From the NCBI GenBank assembly GCA_964016885.1, contig OZ024741.1:85994001-86058000 (forward strand): a DNA stretch of 64,000 nt, read 5' to 3'. This document shows, piece after piece, positions 54,282 through 64,000 of the stretch. Origin of the DNA: Eledone cirrhosa (lineage: Eukaryota). Below the pieces are notes generated by a model that worked only from the letters and a program-made list of their open reading frames with translations, made no database searches and had not been told where the DNA came from. Every line of letters starts with the position of its first letter. Position 1 is the stretch's first letter. The translations under genes and the position numbers were made by a program.

Positions 54282-54842
54282 AGCATATAAACAATATGCC
54301 CCCCCCCCCCTCCACCGCAAGGTGGCCGTGGAGGTGCCACGGCAAAAAAGCACCCAGCCCACACTGTAAAGTGGACGTGTAGGCGCCACGAAAAAGCACC
54401 CAGCACTCACTGTAAATGAGGTTGGTGTTAGGAAGGGCATCCAGCTGTAGAAATCAAGCCAGATCAGTTCCTGTATGAGCAAGGCATGGTCAGCCGACCA
54501 GACACTGCCCACAACAGGACAACCCGTCTAACCCATGCTAGCGTGGAAGAACGGACGTAAAACGGTGATGATGATGATGATGATGATGATATATATGTAT
54601 ATAGATAATTTATATATATATATATATGATTTATATGTGTATATATATATATATATGTAATTTGTGTATATATATGTATATATATATATATGTGATTTAT
54701 ATATATATTTATATATATATATATGTGATATGTGTATATATGTATATATATATATGTATATTTGTATATATATATATGTGTATATGATTTATATATATAT
54801 ATATATATTTATGATTTATGTATACATGTATATGTGGTTTCT

Positions 54843-55332
54843 ATCATCATCATCATCATCATCATCATCAGGCTTAGCGTCCGTGTTCCACGCTTGCATG
54901 GGTTTGGACGGGGGTTTTCCCACTTGAGGCAAGAGTGGTTGTCTTGCTCGCATAGGACTGTCTGGCGGGTTTTCTACAGTTGGATGCCCTTCCTAACACC
55001 AACCACATTTACAGTGTGGGGCTGGGAGGTTTTTACTGTGTTGCCTACACGGCCACATTACACCGTGGACTGTCTGGCGGGTTTTCTACAGCTGGATGCC
55101 CTTCCTAACACCAACCACATTTACACTGTGGGGCTGGGAGGTTTTTACCGTGTTGCCTACACGGCCACATTTACAGCGTGGACTATGTGTTTTTTTTTTC
55201 GTGACACCTTACACGATCTCATTTGTTTCGGCCTGGATGTTGTGGGACCAACATAACTTTACATTGAAGGGGCGGTGTGGATGGGGTGGAGGTGGTGGGA
55301 CGGGGGTGTGTTTTGATAGAGATGCCTACTGA

Positions 55333-55335
<3 letters not shown>
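54843..55335 (-). mobile_element. Diverged 3'-UTR-only fragment of family B with an internal 112-bp duplication
   Basis: (ATC)n 54843-54870; matches the family B UTR; ggactgtctggcgggttttctacag at 54955 and 55067; ends at gatgcctactgactg then (TA)n. Confidence 0.92.
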
Positions 55336-55413
<78 letters not shown>

Positions 55414-55825
55414 GTGTATATATATATATATGGTTTATATATACATATATATGTAATTTATATATATATATGTGATTTATGTATATATGTATATTTTATG
55501 TATGTATTTATGTGTAATTTATATAATATTTGTATATATGTATATGTGTATATATATATGTGATTTATATATATATGTGTGTAGTTTATACATATATATA
55601 TATATGTGTATGTGTGAATTGTATATATATGTATATATATGATTTATATATATATATATATATATGTAGTTTGTGTATATATATATATATGTATAAATGT
55701 GTGATTTTTATATATATATATATATGTGTGTAATTTATATATATATATATTGGATATATGTGTATATGTATGATTTGTGTCTTCCTCCGGTTGCAACGTT
55801 TTTTGAAACATCCACTTCTGCGTTT

Positions 55826-55901
55826 ACAGATTGACTTTGTTAGTTTCAGAAGATCCCGTTAAGGGTGAAAGCAGCGATTCTTTGCTTAAACTTTAATCTG
55901 T
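55826..55901 (+). ncRNA. Hammerhead-like type I fold with non-canonical core (CAGAAGA...GAAA)
   Basis: acagattga-ctttgtt-agttt CAGAAGA t ccc gttaa ggg t GAAA gca gcgattctt tgc TT aaact ttaatctgt; stems I, II and III all pair in the right register; activity unknown. Confidence 0.5.
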
Positions 55902-56000
55902 TATTTTAATAAATATTTGCTCTACGGTTCTTATATATTTGATATATATTTTCCTTATCGAGCCCTCTTTGGATTTTAGTCTTCAATTTTATTATTATTA

Positions 56001-56810
<810 letters not shown>

Positions 56811-57419
56811 ATGGTGGCTGCCAACTCGTTTTCGAGTACGGCCACTACTTTATATCCATGTAGGAGAACCCCTACCGATGCGCTGAACGAGTGTGACTTT
56901 TTAGTCCAGCCAGCGACTTGAAAACTCTGGTACAAACACTACACTTGTGACAATTACTGACACATAGTGCTGGGCCCATGGTACCATGTGACGACAAGTG
57001 CAGAGAGATCTCCAGATATAAAGCAATGCCTGTGCCGTGAAGCTTTTATAGTGAGCAAAGGCACTGCACAAAGCCAGTCCCACTCTCTTAACCAAGATGA
57101 TATTTACCAAAAAGAAGAACAAGTCAACATCATTGGATACCATCAGGGTTGCAGGTGTTATATCAGAGTTTTCCTTCTCCTAGAATTCTGCCTTGACAAA
57201 GGCTAAGGGGTCATCTCTCCCAGTGATTTTGGATGGCCATTGACTCTTAAGAGCTCCTTTGCCCTTTGACAGGTTTTGTTTTTAGTCCTGCAGGATGTCC
57301 AAAGTCACCCTCCTCACCAAGAAACCTTGGTGGGGTTGCCAGTTTAGTCGCCAACGACCCGACCATGAGACAGGTTGTACTGGGATACATGTTACCAGTA
57401 GCACCACTGGTGACCTGAC
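56811..57419 (-). mobile_element. ~610-bp non-coding, probably RTE-related non-autonomous element
   Basis: Minus strand contains ctaggagaaggaaaactctga (motif recalled from RTE 5' UTRs), a hairpin-rich 5' end and a terminal stem-loop gtggc..actcg-aaaa-cgagt..gccac before (TA)n; no EN/RT coding sequence. Confidence 0.55.
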
Positions 57420-60639
<3,220 letters not shown>

Positions 60640-63600
60640 ATCATCATCATCATCATCAACGTTTAACGTCCGTGTTCCACGCTTGCATGGGTTTGGACGG
60701 GGGTAGTCCCACTTGAGGCAAGAGTGATTGTCTTGCTCGCATAGGACTGTCTGGCAGGTTTTCTACAGTTGGATGCCCTTCCTAACACCAACCACATTTA
60801 CAGTGTGGGTCTGGGAGGTTTTTACCGTGTTGCCTACACGGCCACATTACAGCGTGGACTGTGTGTTTTTTTGTCGTGACACCTACACGATCTCATTTGT
60901 TTCGGCCTGGATGGCGCGGCAACCAACATAACTTTACATAGAACGGGGTGGTGTGGATGGGGTGGGGGTGGTGGCGGGACGGGGTGTATTTTGTTAGAGA
61001 TGCCTACTGGCAAGGCGGGTCTTCTCTGTTACTGAGTACCGCCAAAGGTCACGGTCCAGTGACATTGTCTTGGAGAGGTGTAAGTGTGTGAGGTCGGAGT
61101 TTATCAGCTCATCCATGTTTTTCTAGGTCTGCCTATTCCGTGGCTACCGTCTATCTTTATTGCCCTGCACTTTGTAATACAGCTATCGACTTTCATGCGC
61201 ATCACGTGTCCATACCAACGCAGCCTTCTCTCGAGTAAACAACATCTGATCCCTCTTATCTCTAATTTTTTCCTTAGTTCGTTTATGCTTTGCCGTTCAC
61301 GTATATTACTGTTACACATCCAGCGGAGCATGCAAGCTTCGTTCCTCTCTAGTCTGCGTATATCCTCTGCACACAATGCCCAGGTCTCACTACCATGCAA
61401 CATTGCTGTTCGTATGCAGGCATCGTACAACCTGCCTTTCATTTTTAGGGAGAACCCTTTAGCAGCTAATAGTGGTATAAGCTCTCTGAACTTTTTCCAA
61501 CCAGTTCTGACTCTAGCTACAGTACTTTCAGAGCACCCTCCCCCACTGCTGATTTTATCGCCCAGGTAACGGAAGCTGTCCACTATTTCTATAGAACCCT
61601 CTGCGCAATTGAAAGAGCTAGTATTTTGTGGGCACTTGCTGCTACTTATTGCACCAGAACACCGGCCACATGTAAAGTCTATGTTCTTAGTTAGCTTACC
61701 TGTGATCCCACTACATCTTTTATGCACCCATACTTTGCATTTAGGACATAAGATGGAGTTTCTACCTACGCCTTTCCTACATACCGAGCACGACCATTTC
61801 CCAGAAGGGACCGCCGCCTTGTTTTCTTTCCTACAAACTAGAACTTTGGTCTTAGCCAGGTTAATTTTAAGTCCTTTTGACTCTAGGCCGTGCTTCCATG
61901 TTTGGAATTTCTTCTCTAGCTCGGCCATTGATTCCGCTATGAGTGTCAGGTCGTCTGCGTATAGGAGTTCCCATGGGCAGCCTGTCTTGAACTCCTCTGT
62001 TATAGCCTGAAGGGCAATAATAAATAGTAGGGGGCTGAGAACAGAGCCCTGATGGACGCCAACTTTTACGCTAAACTCTTCACTATATTCGTTGTTAATT
62101 CTAACCTTGCTGACTGTTTCTTTATACATGGCTTGTATAGCCCTCACAAGCCATTCGTCAACGCCTAGTTTTCTAAGAGCCCACCAGATAATGGAGCGGG
62201 GGACTCTGTCGAAGGCTTTCTCCAGGTCGACAAAAGCTAAGTAGAGGGGTTTACCTTTAGCTAGGTACTTCTCCTGTAGTTGTCGTACTATGAAAAGAGC
62301 GTCTGTGGTGCTTTTGCCTGACACAAACCCGAACTGCATTTCATCTAGATCAATTCTCTCTCTGATTAGTTGCGCTATTACTTTTTCCGTGACCTTCATG
62401 ACCTGGTCGATTAATTTAATGCCTCTATAGTTACTCCTATCTAGGGCGTCTCCTTTACCCTTATAACAGTTAACGATGATGCTGCTATGCCAGTCCTTCG
62501 GAACAACCCCATTCTGTACGACTTGGTTAACTATGCGGGTGACCATGGTGTGTCCCACCGTGCCAGATGCCTTCAGCATCTCAGCAACTATTTCCGAAGG
62601 CCCAGCCGCCTTACCAGTCTTCATATCCTTGATTGCCTTACTTATTATACTCCCCTCGACTAACACTGCTGGTCCCTCTATCGGGTCGATATGGGGGAGA
62701 CTGTCTTTCTCCCATTTATTCTCCTCATTTAGTAGCCTTTCATAGTGACACTTCCAAGCTACCTTCTTATCAGTGTCGGTGATGGCAAGTATGCCATCAT
62801 CGTTAAGTACACACTTCTCCCCGACAATATCACGGTTTTCCTTGACGCATTGCCTGGCAATCCTGAACACCTCACGTTTTTGGTCATCGCGTTGTAGAAC
62901 ATGCTTGAACTTTCTTTCCTCAGCTTCCCTTCTTGCTAAGTACACTTCTCTCCTAGCTTCCCTCCTGGCCACTTGATAGTCTACTCTACTTCCCCCATCC
63001 CGCCATACTTTCCAAGCCTGCTTTTTGGCCTTAATTGACCCCTCCACCCTATTGTTCCACCACCATGTTACTCTCCTCCTGCCTACGGGCCTGCTCCAGC
63101 CACAGACTTCGTCTGTCGCCAACAGCAGGTTTGCTTTCAGAAATTTCCACTGTCCCTCTATATTGTCCAATTCTAGATGCTCTTCCTTACTGTCGAAAGC
63201 ATCAAGTAATATGCTTTGAAATTTATTTCTGGCTGTGGGGTCCTTTAGTTTCCATATTTTCCTCCTGAGGATAGTCCTCTTCTGCTGTCGGGTACGTCTC
63301 GTCCTGACTATGAGGTCGCTAATTATCAGTCTATGTTGGGAGGTGCATTCTTCATGGGGGAGGGATTTAGTGTTTACAACAGACACTCTGTCACGTCTTC
63401 TGGTAAGGATATAATCTACCTGGCTTGTGTGTTCCCCGGATCTATAGGTGATCAGGTGATTGTCACGTTTTTTGAAGTTAGTGTTACAGATAGTTAGGTT
63501 ATTTGCATCACAGTATTCCAGAATTCTGGAGCCTTCCTCATTTCTAGTACCAAACCCATAGCCTCCATGGATTTCGTCGTAGCCGTCACAATGTTGTCCA

Positions 63601-64000
63601 ACGTGACCATTTAGGTCGCCTGCAATAATTATATAGTCACTGTCAGATATTTGGGAGGTAGTTAGCAACAGTGTCTCATAGAATCTGTCTTTTATAGTGC
63701 CGGGCAGTCCGGATTGGGGTGCGTACGCAGATATTACTGTCACCGTAGTTCTATTGAGGACAAGTCTTATTTTAATTATTCTGTCGTTCACTCTATTTAC
63801 GTCTATTATCTTATCTGTCCACTTTTCTGCTACCATGATTCCTACTCCACCCAGCCCATCGTCGTTTCCCACCCAGAAAAGCTTATAACATCGTTTTTTA
63901 CCCTCAATGAATCTAGCAGACCCACCCCTCCACCTGGTCTCTTGAATACAACAAACATCGACCTCCTTACGTTCAAGCATTTCTACAACCTCGTTAGCGC
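60640..64000 (-). mobile_element. RTE-clade LINE, family B, second long copy; 5' part runs off the window end
   Basis: (ATC)n tail 60640-60657, 3' UTR, EN-RT frame highly similar to 41332-44304; ~28-bp deletion at the ORF/UTR border near 61010. Confidence 0.96.
61104..63980 (-). CDS. Endonuclease-RT with PHD-like finger (family B); 1-bp frameshift removes the last ~35 aa; true start lies beyond the window
   Basis: Same motifs as 41332-44304; ends RPRKTWMS* instead of RPRKTWDELINS... Confidence 0.88.
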   Translation of the reverse strand: MLERKEVDVCCIQETRWRGGSARFIEGKKRCYKLFWVGNDDGLGGVGIMVAEKWTDKIIDVNRVNDRIIKIRLVLNRTTVTVISAYAPQSGLPGTIKDRFYETLLLTTSQISDSDYIIIAGDLNGHVGQHCDGYDEIHGGYGFGTRNEEGSRILEYCDANNLTICNTNFKKRDNHLITYRSGEHTSQVDYILTRRRDRVSVVNTKSLPHEECTSQHRLIISDLIVRTRRTRQQKRTILRRKIWKLKDPTARNKFQSILLDAFDSKEEHLELDNIEGQWKFLKANLLLATDEVCGWSRPVGRRRVTWWWNNRVEGSIKAKKQAWKVWRDGGSRVDYQVARREARREVYLARREAEERKFKHVLQRDDQKREVFRIARQCVKENRDIVGEKCVLNDDGILAITDTDKKVAWKCHYERLLNEENKWEKDSLPHIDPIEGPAVLVEGSIISKAIKDMKTGKAAGPSEIVAEMLKASGTVGHTMVTRIVNQVVQNGVVPKDWHSSIIVNCYKGKGDALDRSNYRGIKLIDQVMKVTEKVIAQLIRERIDLDEMQFGFVSGKSTTDALFIVRQLQEKYLAKGKPLYLAFVDLEKAFDRVPRSIIWWALRKLGVDEWLVRAIQAMYKETVSKVRINNEYSEEFSVKVGVHQGSVLSPLLFIIALQAITEEFKTGCPWELLYADDLTLIAESMAELEKKFQTWKHGLESKGLKINLAKTKVLVCRKENKAAVPSGKWSCSVCRKGVGRNSILCPKCKVWVHKRCSGITGKLTKNIDFTCGRCSGAISSSKCPQNTSSFNCAEGSIEIVDSFRYLGDKISSGGGCSESTVARVRTGWKKFRELIPLLAAKGFSLKMKGRLYDACIRTAMLHGSETWALCAEDIRRLERNEACMLRWMCNSNIRERQSINELRKKLEIRGIRCCLLERRLRWYGHVMRMKVDSCITKCRAIKIDGSHGIGRPRKTWMS

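Larger units (their letters stand above)
49691..54590 (+). mobile_element. Apparently full-length RTE-clade LINE, family A (5' boundary uncertain: 49691 or about 50900)
   Basis: Single intact EN-RT ORF, ~285-bp 3' UTR, (TGA)n tail 54566-54590, TA-rich DNA on both sides. Confidence 0.92.

Overview
Eukaryotic, repeat-saturated window with no confidently supported host gene. The repeat types resemble cephalopod (octopus-like) DNA, but that is inference. 1-9.4 kb is a C/A-rich 24-30 bp compound minisatellite. 10.1-35.9 kb is a 19/21-bp ScaI-site satellite containing a near-identical 11.43-kb higher-order duplication. 36-64 kb is a nest of retroelements in kilobase-scale (TA)n tracts. Six copies or fragments of two RTE-clade LINE families (called A and B here) end in (TGA)n tails; one family A copy has an intact 1039-aa endonuclease-RT ORF. 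All four ORF-bearing copies carry a C4HC3 PHD-type finger inserted inside the RT domain. One family B copy is fused head-to-head with a second tailed 3' fragment through a 5-bp microhomology. Also present: a Penelope-like GIY-YIG C-terminal remnant with a degenerate type I hammerhead nearby, a hammerhead-like fold with a non-canonical CAGAAGA core seen in two inverted copies, ~400-bp tandem monomers ahead of the intact LINE, a structured RTE-related non-autonomous element and one candidate host exon. Nearly all other ORF calls are repeat artefacts.
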